The position numbers and the translations under genes are program-made. A stretch of 64,000 nucleotides of DNA from the human T2T-CHM13v2.0 reference genome, Homo sapiens, in assembly GCF_009914755.1 (NCBI RefSeq), contig NC_060935.1; one strand, written 5' to 3'. Below the pieces are notes generated by a model. It did not search any database. It had not been told where the DNA came from and saw only the letters and a list, made by a program, of their open reading frames with translations. Position 1 is the first letter of the stretch, and every line of letters starts with the position of its first letter. Of this stretch, positions 28,419-41,428 are shown one piece after another.

Positions 28419-31400
28419 AACACTAAAGTCACATCCTCAAGGAGGAAAAGCGTTTTTTTAAGTCAAATCGAAAATAAAGTCAAAAATAATTAGAATAAAT
28501 AGTCTACCCAAATGAGAAGAAACCAGAAAAATAATTCTGACAATATGACAAAATGGGGTTCTATAACACCCCCAAAAGATCAAACTAGTTTTCCAGCAAT
28601 GGATCCAAACAAAGATGAAATCTCTGAAATACCAGAGAAAGAATTCAAAAGGTTGATTATTAAGCTACTCAAGGAGACACAAAAGAATGGTGAAAAACAA
28701 CATAAATTTTAAATGTAATTCAGGAATGAATGAAAAATTTTCTGAAGAATTAGGTATTTTAAAGAAAAACTAATCAGAACTCGTGGAAATGAAAGACACA
28801 TTTAGAGAATTACAAAATGGAGTAGAAAGTTTTAACAGTAGACTAGACCAAGTAGAAGAAATAATTTAAGAGCTCAAAGCCAAGGCTTTCAAACTGACCC
28901 AATTAGACAAAAATAAGGAAAAAATAATTGAAGAAATAAAGTCTCCAAAAAATAGCCCCTTAAATGGAATAACTGTCAGCCAATAATGTTATATCCAGCA
29001 AAAACAAGTTTCATAAATGAAGGGGAAATAAAATCTTTTTAAGACAAGCAAATGCTGAGGGAATTTGTCACTACCAGACCAACACTACAAGAAATGTTAA
29101 AAGAAGTCATAAATCTTGAAACCCCAGGTCAATATGCAACAGAATAAAGCCTCTTGAAAGCATAAAACCTATAAGGTTTATAAAACAATAACAATGAAGA
29201 AAACAAAGCATCTAGCTAGCAATCAACATGATGACTGGAACAGTACCTTTTACCTTACTGTTCATATTGCATGTAAATCGTCTAAATTCTCCACTTTAAA
29301 TATGCAGATTGACAGAATGGATTTAAAAAATCACAATCCAAATATTGCTATCTTCAAGTGATTCACCTAACATGTAAGGATTCTTATAGACTCAAGATAA
29401 AGGAGTAGAAAACGATATTCCATGCAAATGAAAACCAAAAGTGAGCAGGAGTATTTAAGATGAAACAAACTTTAAAGTAACAACAGTAAAAAAAAAAAAA
29501 GAAGGTTATTATTCAATGATGAAAGGATCAATCCAACAAGGAGATATTAAAATCCTAAATATATATATACATAACTCTGGAGCTCCCAGATTAATAAAAC
29601 AATTACTACTAGACCTTAGAAAAGAGATAGACAGCAACAGAACAACAGTGGGGGATTTTAATACTCCACTGACATCAATAGAAAGATCACTGGGGCAGAA
29701 AGTCAACAAAGAAACACCAGACCTAAACTACACTCTAAAAACAAATGGACCTAACAGATATTTACAGAATATTCTACCCAAGAAATTCAGAATATACATT
29801 ATCCTAATCAGCACATGGAACCCTCTTCAAGATAGTCCACACGACAGGCCATAAAACCAGTCTCAATAATTGTTTAAATATCAAAATTATATCAAGCATC
29901 TTCTCAGGCTACAGTGGATTAAAACTAGAAATCAATTCCAAAAGGAAACCTCAAAACTACACAAATATGGGGAAATTAAACAATCTGCTCCTGAATGATT
30001 TCTAGATTAACAATAAAATTAGGATGCAAATTTAATTTTTTTCCAAATGAATGATAATAGTGACACAAGTTATCAAAATATCTGGGATATAGTAAAAGAA
30101 GTACTAAGATGAACATTTATAGTGTTCAATGCCTACATCAAAAATTCTGAAAGATAAAAAATCGACAATCTAACATCACACATCAAGGAAATAAAGAAAC
30201 AAGGACAAACCAAACACAAACCTAGCAGAAGAAAATAAATAACAAAGATCAGAGTGAGCTAAATGAAATTGAAACCAAAAAAAAATTACAAAGATCAACA
30301 AAACAAAAAGTGGTTATTTGAAAAGATAGAGAAAATCAATAAAACATCAGCTAGATTAACCAAGAAGAGAGAAGATGCAAATAAGTTCAATTAAAAATAA
30401 AAGTGGAGACATTTCTACCACCACCACAGAAATACAAAAGGTCATTTGAGACAAATATGAACACCTCTCTGCACACAAACTAGAGAATCTAGAGAAAATG
30501 GATGAATTGCTGGAAAGATACAACCCTTCTGGATTGAATTAAAAAAAATAGAAATCTTGAACAGGCCAATAAAAAGCAGTGAAACTGAATCAATAATAAA
30601 AAATTAGCAACAACACCACCAACAACAAAAACAAAAACAGAAACAGAGGGAGTTACAGCCAAATTATACCAGAAATTCAAAGAATTCAAACCAATCCTAC
30701 TGAAACTGTTCCAAAAGATGGAGAAAGAAGGAATCCTCCCAAACTTGTTCTATGAAGCCAGTATCATCCTGATACCAAAACCTGGAAAGGGCATAACAAA
30801 ACAAACTGCAGACCAATATCCTTGATGAACATACTCAACAAAATACTAGTAAACCAAATCAAACAGCAAATCAAAAATATAATGCCCCATGATCAAGTGG
30901 TTTCATCCAGGGATGCAGGGATGCTTTAACATACACAAGTCGATAAATGTGATACATCCCATAAACAGAATTAAGAACTAAAACCATATCATCTCAATAG
31001 GTGCAGAAAAAAGCATTTGATAAAAATCCAGCATTGCTTTATGATAAAAACCCTCAACAAACTAGGCCTAGAGGGAACATACCTCAAAATAACAGAAGCT
31101 GTATATGACAAATCTACAGCCAACATTATACTGAATGAAGAAATGTTGAAAGCATCCCCCCTAAGAACTGGAACAAGACAAGGATGCCCACTTTTACCAC
31201 TTCTATTCAGTATAATACTGGAAGTCCTAACTAGAGCAATCAGGCAAGAGAAAGAAAGGGCACCCAAAACGGAAAACAGGAAGTCAAACTATCTCTGTTT
31301 GATGACAATCATATACCTAGAAAACTCTAAAGACGCCTCCAAAAGATTCCAAGATTTGATGAATAAATTCAGTAAAGATGCAGGTTACAAAATCAATGTA

Positions 31401-32855
31401 CACAAATCAGTAACAATTCTAAACACCAACAGTGAACAGGATGAGAATCAAATCAATAACTCAGTCCCTTTTATGATAGCCTCAAAAATAAAATGTGTAG
31501 GATTATACTTAATCAAAGAGATAAAAGATCTCTACAAGGAGAACTACAAAACACTGCTGAAGGAAATCATAGATGACACAAACAATCAGAAATACATCCA
31601 TGCTTATGAATTGGAAGAATCAATATCATGAAAATGATCATATCACCCAAAGCAATCTAAAGATTCAATGTGATTTCTATCAAAATGCCAACATCATTTT
31701 TCACAGAATTAGAAAAAAGAATCCTAAAATTCATATGGAACTAAAAAAGCCCAAATAGCCAAAGCAATCCTAAGGAAAAAAAAATCTGGAGGCATAACTA
31801 CTGGAGTTCAAATTATACTACAAGGCTACAGTTACCAAAACAGCGTGATGCTGGTATAAAAGGAGATACATAGGCCAATGTAACAGAATAGAGAACCCAG
31901 AAGTAATGCCAAATACATATAACAAACTGATCTTCAACAAAGCACACAAAAACAAATTGTGGAAAGGACATCCTATTTAATAAAAGGTGCTGGGAAAAAT
32001 GGATGGCCACATGCAGAATAATGAAACTGGATCCTTATCTTTCACTGTATACAAAAATCAACTCAATATGGATCAAAGACATAAGTCTTAGACCTAAAGC
32101 CATAAAAATCCTAGAAGAAAATGTAGGAAAAACTTTTCTGGACATTGGCCTAAGCAAATAATTTATGACTAAGGCTCCAGAAATAAATGCAACAACACCA
32201 TAAATAAATAAATTAGACTTCATTAAACTAAAAAGCTTCTGCACAGAAAGAAATAATCATCCAAGTAAACAGACAACCCACAGAATAAAAATAAATTTTT
32301 ACAAACTATGCATCTGAAAAGATTAATACTCAGAATCTACAAGGAAATCAAACAAATTAGCAAGAACAAAACAAATAATCCCATCAAAAATAGGCAAAGG
32401 ACATCAACAGACAAGTAGACGTTCCACAAAAGAAGAAATACAGGTGTTCAACAAACATGAAGAAATGCTCAACATCACTAATCATCAGGGAAAATGCAAA
32501 TTAAAACCACAATGACATACCATCTTACCCCAGCCAGATGGCCATTATTAAAAAGTCAGAAATCAATACATGTTGGTATAGATGTGATGAAAAGGGAACA
32601 CTTACATATTGCTGGTGAGAATATTTTCCATACAAGTACAACTTGTATATATTGTATATATGCAGATTTCTTAAAGAACTGAAAGTAATCTACCATTCGA
32701 TCTAGTAATCCCACTACTGAGTATCTTCTCAAAGGAAAAGAAGTCATTATATCAAAAAGACATGTACATATATATGTTTTTCGCAGTGCAATTCACAATT
32801 GCAAATATATGGAACCAACCTAAGTGCCCATCAATCAATAAATGGATAAAGAAAA

Positions 32856-32888
32856 CTATATATATGCACATATATATACACTATATAT

Positions 32889-32922
<34 letters not shown>
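32856..32922. repeat. (TA)n/(CA)n microsatellite within L1PB
   Basis: Seen directly in the sequence. Confidence 0.9.
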
Positions 32923-32923
<1 letters not shown>

Positions 32924-33290
32924 GCATGGAATACTACTTAGCCATAAAAAAGAACAAAATAATGTATTTGCAGCAACTTGGATGGAGCTGGAGGCCATTA
33001 TTCTAAATGAAGTAACTCAGGAATTAAAAACTAAATACCTTATGTTCTCACTTATACTCATAGCTGAACTATGGTTATGCAAACTAATATAGTAGTATAA
33101 CAGACTTTGGAGACTCAGAATGGGGAAGAGTGGGAGGGGGTTGAGGGATTAAAAAAATACAAATTGGGTACAATGTGCACTATTCAAGTTACTGTGCACT
33201 AAAATCTCAGACTTTACAACTATATAATTCTTCCATGTAACCAAAAACCACTTGTATCCTAAAAGCTATTGAAATAAATGAATAAATATT

Positions 33291-33291
33291 A

Positions 33292-33322
<31 letters not shown>
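33291..33322. repeat. (CA)n microsatellite at the L1PB tail
   Basis: Seen directly in the sequence. Confidence 0.9.
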
Positions 33323-35900
33323 TGCAATTTTTTTGTCTTCTAATTGGTGTGTTTAGACCACCTAGTGTCATTATTGATAATGGTAAGGTTTAAGTCAGCC
33401 ATTGTATTATTTGTTTTCTTTGTTTCCTACGTTCCTCATTCCTCTGTTTTCCTTTTCTATGACTTATTTAGGATTTCCTATTTAGGAAACTTATTTAGGA
33501 TTTCTTCATGATTTGTTTGTAGTATTTTTTAGTATTTCACTTTACAATGGTCTTGGTGTTTTTTCTAAATAAAACAATATGCGTATATAACTTAAGGTCT
33601 ACTGGTAACTATATTTTATTCCTTCAAATGAAGTCTAAAAATTTATTTTCATATACATCTCTTTACCCTTCCTACTTTTTATGTATATATATTTTAAGTA
33701 TTTCCTGTACATACATTGAGTACCATAACAGAGATGTTTATAATTTTCATTTCAATCACCAAATATTAAGAAATTCCCATGAGAGGTTGGATACTCTATT
33801 ATATTTTTGCATATTTTTACCCATTCCACTGTCTTTCTTTTCTGAAGTTTCAAGTCCTCTTCTGCTTATTTCCTTTCTGTTTAAAGAACTTCCTTTAACC
33901 ATACTTCAAAGAGATATTTTCCAGCAACAAATTCTTTTTGCTTTCCTTCGTCTTAAAATATCTTTTTCTTTTCTCTTCATCCTTGAAAGATTTTTTTCAC
34001 TGAATATAGAATTCATGCTTAATAGCTCTTTTCTTTCAGTGATTGAAAACTGTTGCACCACTTTCTTCTGACCTCCATGATTCCAGATGAAAAATCTGCT
34101 ATCATTCTAATTGGTGTTCACCTATAAGTGATACATTGTTTCTCTCTGGCTGCTTTCAAGTTTTGTTTTTTCTTTAGTTTCAGAAGTTTAAATATGATGC
34201 CCTTTTGCATTGATTTTTTGGAGTGTATCTTATTTGGGATTTGCTCACCTTCTTGAATCTGTAGGTTTCTTCTTTTGCCAAGCTTGAAAAGTGTTCAGCC
34301 TTTCCTTCTTAAACACTTCTTTAGTACCACTCTTTCCTCTCCTTCTGTAAGTTCAATGATATAAATACTAGTGGTTTCATTAATGTCCCACAGAGGTCTC
34401 TGATCCTCTGTTCATTTTTTTTTCAGTCTATTTTTTCTCTTGTATCCAGGTAGGGTATATTCTATTAATCTGTCTTCAAGTTCACTGATTTCATTTTTTG
34501 TCATCTCCATTCTACATTTGAGCACATTTAGTATGGTTTTTTATTTCATTTATTATATTTTTCAGTTCTCTAATTTGCATTTGGTTGTCTTTTTAAAAGA
34601 TTTACTTTTTTGCTGATACTTTCTGTCTTTTAATTTGTTTCAAAGTAATTATTGAAATACATTTATGGTGACTGCTTTAAAATTCTTGTCAGATAATTCT
34701 GATTCATCTTGATGTCAGTACCTGTGTATGGTCTTTTTTCATTCATATTGTGAGTTTCCTGGTTATTACTACGACAAGTGATTTTCTATTGTATCCTGGT
34801 TATATGTTATATTATGAGGCTCTGAATCCTATTTACTCTTTTTATTTTTAGCAGTCACTCTCTGTTTAGGTGTAGCATGAGACCCAGCATCCTGCTGGGA
34901 TGCCGAACACCAACACCCACTAGCACCTTCTGGCAAAAGGACACTAACTTACACTGCCTCATTACAATTGTATAGAGTTGAAGTTCAGCCCCCTCTTAAC
35001 TCTGCTTACTTCTTCCCTTGAAAAATGGAGCACCAGCCATCATACTGTCTTACTGTCTTTAAGTGGGAGTAAAAAATGGCTCCCACTCTGTGCCCTGCTG
35101 CCACCCAAGTGGAGTGTAAGCACAGGGCTGATTCACAAAACATTGCTGCTGTGGGGGTGGAGGCTCAGCCCCTCAATGGGTTCCACGAACATGGAGTTGG
35201 TAGGAATGAAGTACTTACTTACCCTAACTTTCTCCATCTTGCTCAATCTCATTGATACCAGGTAGTGGTGGAGGCTCAGCTTCTCACTGGACCCCAATGC
35301 CACTAAGTTGGTAACAGAATCAGAGTACTGCCTAGTTCTGCTGGGTGGAGGATAGAAGATAGCTGCCCACTCAGCCTTACAAAACTATTGGTGGTAATTG
35401 GGATGCTGCCATCTGCTTCTTCTGGGCAAAGAATGGAAGAGTAGCTCCCTGCTTGGCCCAGCTGACATTTACCAATGGAGAAGTGGAGAATAATATTTGC
35501 TTCTACATGGCAAGGGGTTGGGAATTGGGATGAATGATTAAGTTTTCACTGGTGACCTGCAACTGTGAGGTAGGGGTGGTATGGTTTTATTTTTCTCATA
35601 GTGTTTGGCTTAAGTAGGGTGAATATTGTCAAAAAGTTTTCCTGTTATTAGGCCACTTTTCCCATTGTCCTTTTTCTAAGGGGCAAAGTCTCCTTTCTTA
35701 GAGATTTTTGTCTGTGCCTGTGTCTGTTAGTAGTTCTGAGCTGGACGCTTCTGTAGCTTCCGTCAGAAGGCAATACACTTATCACCTCAAGACCTAATAT
35801 CCTTAAGCAGCTCATGTTCTTTCCATCTTTCAGAGTCTTCCTACTCTTGTTATGTTAAGCTTGTGGTGTTATGGCCAGGGTTTCTTGGTTGTAAGAGGGA
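33322..35900 (-). mobile_element. Old L1M (L1MC/MD-like) ORF1 and 5' region
   Basis: T-rich antisense L1 motifs gatgaaaaatctgctatcattctaatt, tctctggctgctttcaag, tgtcttcaagttcactgatt. Confidence 0.75.
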
Positions 35901-36859
35901 GGACCCAAGACAGAACCCCAGAGACTTTTGTTTTGAAAGATTTTCCTGTATATTAGCAAGTGTCTACCAAATATTAGTAATTTTAATAAATATGTAACTT
36001 ATAAATGAAGAAGTTACTAATGCAAAGATGAATATAATACAGCATCTCCCTGCAGTAGCTCAGATCTGGATTCTTTCAATCCTAAATTCACGTTCTGAAT
36101 CTGCCACTTACCATCTTGGGCAAGGTCTTAAACTCTAATATTTATTATCCATAAAATTTATATTATAATCATTCCAGTTGGGAATAAGCAGTCTTCTATA
36201 ATCTTGACATTTCTTTCCATGTCAAAGTGACTCCATTAACATGTCGATCCTGGCATCTCTCCCAGCTTCTTTCAGTCCACCTCAGGTGAGTGAGGTGACC
36301 TACCTGACTGGTGAGTTTGAAAGAAGCTGGGCAGGTATGCTGGACTTCTGAGTTGTTGCAATTTACCCACACTGGCACCAGCACACTGGATGGGAGCACA
36401 TCTCTTCCCAAAGCACCAGATTCACACCCTAACCTGGAGGATCAGAGAAGAATGTATGTATTATCTAGACATCTCACATTCAAGAAGGAGAGAGGAAGAG
36501 GGTGGGCTCTGGATGCCCAGTCCCATTAAATTATGAACTTCTGCCTTTCTCCATTCACTGTTTGCTCCTTGCATCTAGGAAAGAAGAATTCAATAAATAC
36601 TTCTTGAGCAATGACCAAAGGCCAGATGTTGCGTTATACAGAGAGGAATATGTTAAGGTGTCTCCCTCACATAGCACATTGTCTATTTGGAGAATGAGAA
36701 ATATATATAGTAACAGGAAACTAGCCTCTTAAATGGTGTAACAGAATATGAAAAATATGGTGAATTGAAGCAAAAGTGTGGAGGATATGTAAACTTTCAC
36801 ATGCTTTACCTAATTCAACCTAATACCCTCCCCCTAAAAAAGCTCTGGGAAGTTAATTA

Positions 36860-37110
36860 TAATAATAATCACAATCATATAAACTAACATTTATTGGGTC
36901 CTTACTATGGTAAAGTGCTGAGGGCTTTACATGCATTATCTTCTTCATTATCACAGTAACCCTTTAAGTCAGGCACTTTCCTACCTTTAGTTCATGGCAG
37001 AGAAAGCCAAAGCACAAAGGAGTGAATTAGCTTTCCCAGGATCACACAGGAAGTTGATGATTCCACTTGCCTCAAAGTCTATTATCTCATTCATTAGGCT
37101 ACACTGCTTC
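36860..37110 (-). mobile_element. MIR SINE
   Basis: taacatttattgggtccttactatg...ctttacatgcattatc...cccaggatcacacagg. Confidence 0.7.
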
Positions 37111-38164
37111 CTCTGCAAATGAAGAAACTGAGGCTTAGTTGTATTCATTTTTGCATGTCCAGAACTTTACAGTGTACATGGAAAACACTGAACATTTAGT
37201 AGCTACTAAGGGATAAAATAAAAGCTGGAGGAAAGAAAAGAAGGAGGGGAGCTCTTTGACTTAGAAAAAAAAATCAGCCAGGAAAGCAGAATAATACATT
37301 CATATAGTAAGTGGTAGTGGTAGGACTATCACCACCAGGAAGCAGTTGTTGAAGGGCAACATATTTGCAAATATTTAGAGTTCTGATTTATCTTGAAGAA
37401 GGCAGACTGTATACACAGCTGTATTCACACCTGGGTATTTGTTTGTTCTATAAATAATTGCAATGTGTTGTGTTGACAGTCCAGAGCTATGCAGAGAAAC
37501 CACTCCTGGGTTACTCATCTCACCCCCAAACATCCCAGGATTCTGAGGCCAAGTCTTCATCACAAAGCAAGGGCTTTCTATTCTCTCGTCCTGGCCAGAG
37601 AGTCAGGGCAACACAGACACTTAATAGAGGAATGATCAAAGAGTTAGAAAATAGTAACAATGGTCAATTCTTGATTATCAATAAATAAAAAGTACATTAA
37701 CTTCATAGATTCATAATTTATAATTATTTACAAACATGATTTGAACTTTTATGTCTTTCAGAAATGTTATAATGCTTTGATACTTTTCATTGCCTTTTTT
37801 AAAAAAACATACACTATTTAAGGTTATTCTGATATGTGTCTGTCTGATTCTGAATATACACACTTTATGAGCAAAGGCTACATCTTTGTGGCTTTTTAAA
37901 AATTTCTTTATCCGCAGTTCCTAGCATAAACATATAAAATGACACATAAAATTTCTCAGTAAATTACTGAGAAATTCATAATTAATCTGTAAATCTTCAG
38001 TTTCTCTGTATACCATCAAGAGATTGAGTGTTTTAGTCAGAAGAGAAAATAGGATTTCACCTGTTGTCAGCTTTCTCTGTCTTTTCAATTCCAGTTCATC
38101 CTATCTTCTACATCTACTTTCTGCTCATCCTTAAAAGCAGATTGGACTGCCTATTTTTTTAAAG

Positions 38165-38371
38165 CTGTGCTTTCCGTTATGGTAGCCTCTAATCACAAAT
38201 TTCTATTTACATTTAAATTAGTTAACATTAAATTATGTTAAAAATTTGATACCTCATTCACACTTGCCACATTTCAAGTGCTCAATAGCCTCATGTGACT
38301 AGTGGCTACTGTACTGGATCCAAAGGTAAAAACCTTTCCCTCTTCTCACAAATTTTTGTTGGATAGTGCTG
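38165..38371 (-). mobile_element. MER3 (hAT-Charlie) DNA transposon fossil
   Basis: gccacatttcaagtgctcaatagcctcatgtgactagtggctactgtactgga...ttggatagtgctg. Confidence 0.85.
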
Positions 38372-39209
38372 CTGAAACCACTTCCTTTTCTCCAGCTTTT
38401 AATGGAAAGATTTTATCAGGAGTCTGACTCAAGCTTCTCTCACCACACATCTATGCTTTTAAATGCACAAACATGACTGCTACAATTTTTCAGAATAATC
38501 TGGAGGCAAGCACAGAGCTTGTAGGAAATGTCTGGGGGGCTATTGGTGAAGGAGTAGACTGATGAAAGTGTCTGAGCTATGACCGTGTTCCACATGTGAA
38601 TCAGCTTTCTCTAGGACCTGTGTTATTTGAGCAATTACATGTCTAAGGCTAGATTGTTTGCCTTCTGATAAAGTCGAGGGGTCAGGTCAAAAAATACCAT
38701 ATTGCTCCATTCTTTTCCTAGGATGTGAGGGAGTGAGTGTGAATCATTTATGTATTTCCTATAAATATTCATGGAAGATTATATATATGTATAGACATAT
38801 GTATATATTTACTCTGTGTATGGTTAAAATTCATCTACATTATATTTGAAAGATCTGATGTTTACCATGCTAGAACAACTGTTGTACAACTAGAAATCAC
38901 TTTGAAGGAAGAACAGTAAGGAGGATGCCCTTGCTAAGGAGGAGCATCCTGGAGTGGGCAGCTTGTGAGCAATATGCCTTTTCCCCAGGGATATTGTTTT
39001 CATCCTAATACTGCTGGTATAGAGCCCATTGCTGTGACATTACGGGCCTGGCTGTTTACTCTATCAGACGGTCTCTCCCATTGTCAAGCTGCTCTCTCCC
39101 ACCCATTCCCACTATGGGAATGAGCCAAACCACTTCTTTTTATCCACTCATTTAAACACAACTGCAATGAGAAATTTTTTTGTTAAAAATGGTTGGTTTT
39201 CAACAAGCC

Positions 39210-39420
39210 TTTAATTTATTAATTTATTGAATGCTTACTGTATGTTGGGCCCATTATGGCCATTAGTTTATTTGATCATTGGTAATACCCTGTGAGTGCA
39301 ATACCAGTAACATACCCATTTGACAGATGAGGAAAGATATATTGAAGCTGAGGGAAGTTAAGCATCTTTCCCAAGGTCACATAGCAGATAAATTTAGAGA
39401 CTCTGATTCAACATGAAACA
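39210..39420 (-). mobile_element. MIR SINE
   Basis: cccatttgacagatgaggaaa...cccaaggtcacatagc. Confidence 0.7.
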
Positions 39421-40659
39421 CATCATTTCAAACAGTTGGAAAAGTGGGTGAATTAGGATAAAAGGAAGAGGATTTCATGTTGTATATTCTAGTGATTTAT
39501 GTTTGCAACAGAGCTGCCACTGTCTAGGGATCCTTCCCTAATGTGGAAAGGCCATTCCTGCCCCAGACTTGACACTTACACTATAGTGTGCATTCTTGCT
39601 ATATTATTTCCCCATGGACATGTTCATTTTCCAACTACAGTCTTCCTTCTCAGCCCTGAAACTGCACAGTTGCAGGCCAGCACACTAGGTTTTTAGATTG
39701 GTGAATTCCCTGTACACTTCCCTTAATTTCCTCAGCTTTCATTTTCACACCCGTAGAATGAGGCACTGACAGATACCCAGGCAGAGCAACCAAGCACAGC
39801 ACCAGCTCTTGTTTCAGATAAGATTATTCACAAAGACAAAAGCCCGCAACATTTAACAAATGCAGGTACAAGCAGCCAGTTCAGCCTACCAGGGGCAAGG
39901 AAAATAGATTGCAGTGTCAACTTAATCAATGGTTCATCACTGTACTTTTTCAGTGCTTGAATCTTATTAGGATTGATGCTGCATTGCCCAGCTGAAAATC
40001 AATCTTGAATTTTTCAAATGGCTCCAAACTGCAGAAATACAATTGTAAATAATTTGGCAACTTTTCCAAATGCCTTGGAAAAATCCATGCAGAGCTAAAT
40101 GAGGCTGGTACATGAATGTGCTTCTGACTGAGGTTTGGGGGCAGGAAAAGAAGATGAAGAGATCAGCAGAGTGCATGGTGGAGTTCCAAATCCAAGGCAA
40201 ATTGACTAAATCCAGTAACTGAGGTCAATTTGGAAGATGCTGTGACTCAACACAGCAGTATGAGGGTTAGGATCTCTCAATACAGAAACTGACTGCAGGC
40301 TAAGATTGGAATAAAGATCCTATACTAGAATTATTGAGTTTTTCTTTGGAACCTGACTCAGCATGTAGAAATGGCTTCAGGAATAATACGGGTTACCAGG
40401 ACAAAGGGAAAGATGCAAAGATACAGTGACACATTAGCTAACCTAAAGAGGTAAAGAGGGCATAAGGTGGAATCTTAGAGAACCTAAACAGGTCTATATG
40501 TACAGCCTCAAGTTGAGACTAAATATATGACAGATTAATGTTCAGTGCAGACATTAATAAAGAGTTTCTAAGTTATAGGACATAAAAAAATCCTAAAATA
40601 GCTAATAGACTCATGAATGTTAAAAAATTAAAAAAGAGAGTGAGCAAGAGAGAAATGTT

Positions 40660-40910
40660 TGCATTGTGATTAAGAATGTGGACTTTCAAAATTAGTGAGA
40701 TCTAAATGAAATTCTGGCTCCACCATTTAGAATATGACCTGGTGTAAGGTACTCAACCTCCTTGAGTCTCCACTGCACAGCTGTTAACAAGCCTAACACT
40801 TCCCACCTCTCACGGCTTGTTGAGAAGATTAAATGAAATAATTGAATGCTGAGCACTGTGATTGGCACATAATGCATGATTCCAAATGGTATAAGTTGAT
40901 ACTATCATAG
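40660..40910 (+). mobile_element. MIR SINE
   Basis: gattaagaatgtggacttt...ttgttgagaagattaaatga...ttggcacataa. Confidence 0.7.
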
Positions 40911-40949
40911 TTAAAAAGAGAAAAAATAGGATTTTGGTCTTGGCCATTC

Positions 40950-41254
40950 TTATAGATTAATTGTATGACCCCTCAAAATGTTTGCTGAACTACTAACTCT
41001 TGATACCTGCAAATGTGACCTTATTTGGAAGCAGGGTCTTTGCAGCTGTAATCAAGTTAACATGAGGTCTTTAGCATGGTCCTTAATCCAATTTTCTTAT
41101 ATGATTTGCATCCTTATAAGACAATAAGAAACACAGAGATAGACATGCCAGAAGGAAAGATGATATGAAGACACACAGAAGATAGCCATGAATCCCGAGG
41201 CAGGGATTGGAGTTATACAGCCACAAGCCAAGGAGCACCTGGGGATACTAGAAG
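40950..41254 (+). mobile_element. MLT1B/C-like MaLR LTR, 5' part
   Basis: aatgtgaccttatttggaagcagggtctttgcagctgtaatcaagttaacatgaggtc...gccacaagccaagga. Confidence 0.8.
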
Positions 41255-41428
41255 CTCTCTGGTGTATCCTCCAATAATGGCATTAATGGCATTGGACAAG
41301 GGTCTCACCTTCATGACCTCATCTGACAATTCTTACTTCCTAAAGGCCCATCTCCAAATACCATCAAGTTGTGGGTTAGGGTTTCAACACGTGAATTTTG
41401 GGGGGACACGAACATCCAGTCCATAACA
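41255..41428 (-). mobile_element. MLT1A-like MaLR LTR, 5' part
   Basis: catgacctcatct...ctccaaataccatca...gggtttcaacacgtgaattttggggggacac...cagtccataaca. Confidence 0.8.

Larger units (their letters stand above)
25553..33290 (+). mobile_element. Near-full-length L1PB (PB2/PB3-like), dead
   Basis: L1PB-type 5'UTR starting ...ccaagatagtgga; ORF1 start MRRNQKNNS at 28512; ORF2 EN piece (GDFNTPL, 29516-29854); RT piece (GTRQGCPL, 31017-31631); 3' end ccatgtaaccaaaaaccacttgtatcctaaaagctattgaaataaa. Confidence 0.92.
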
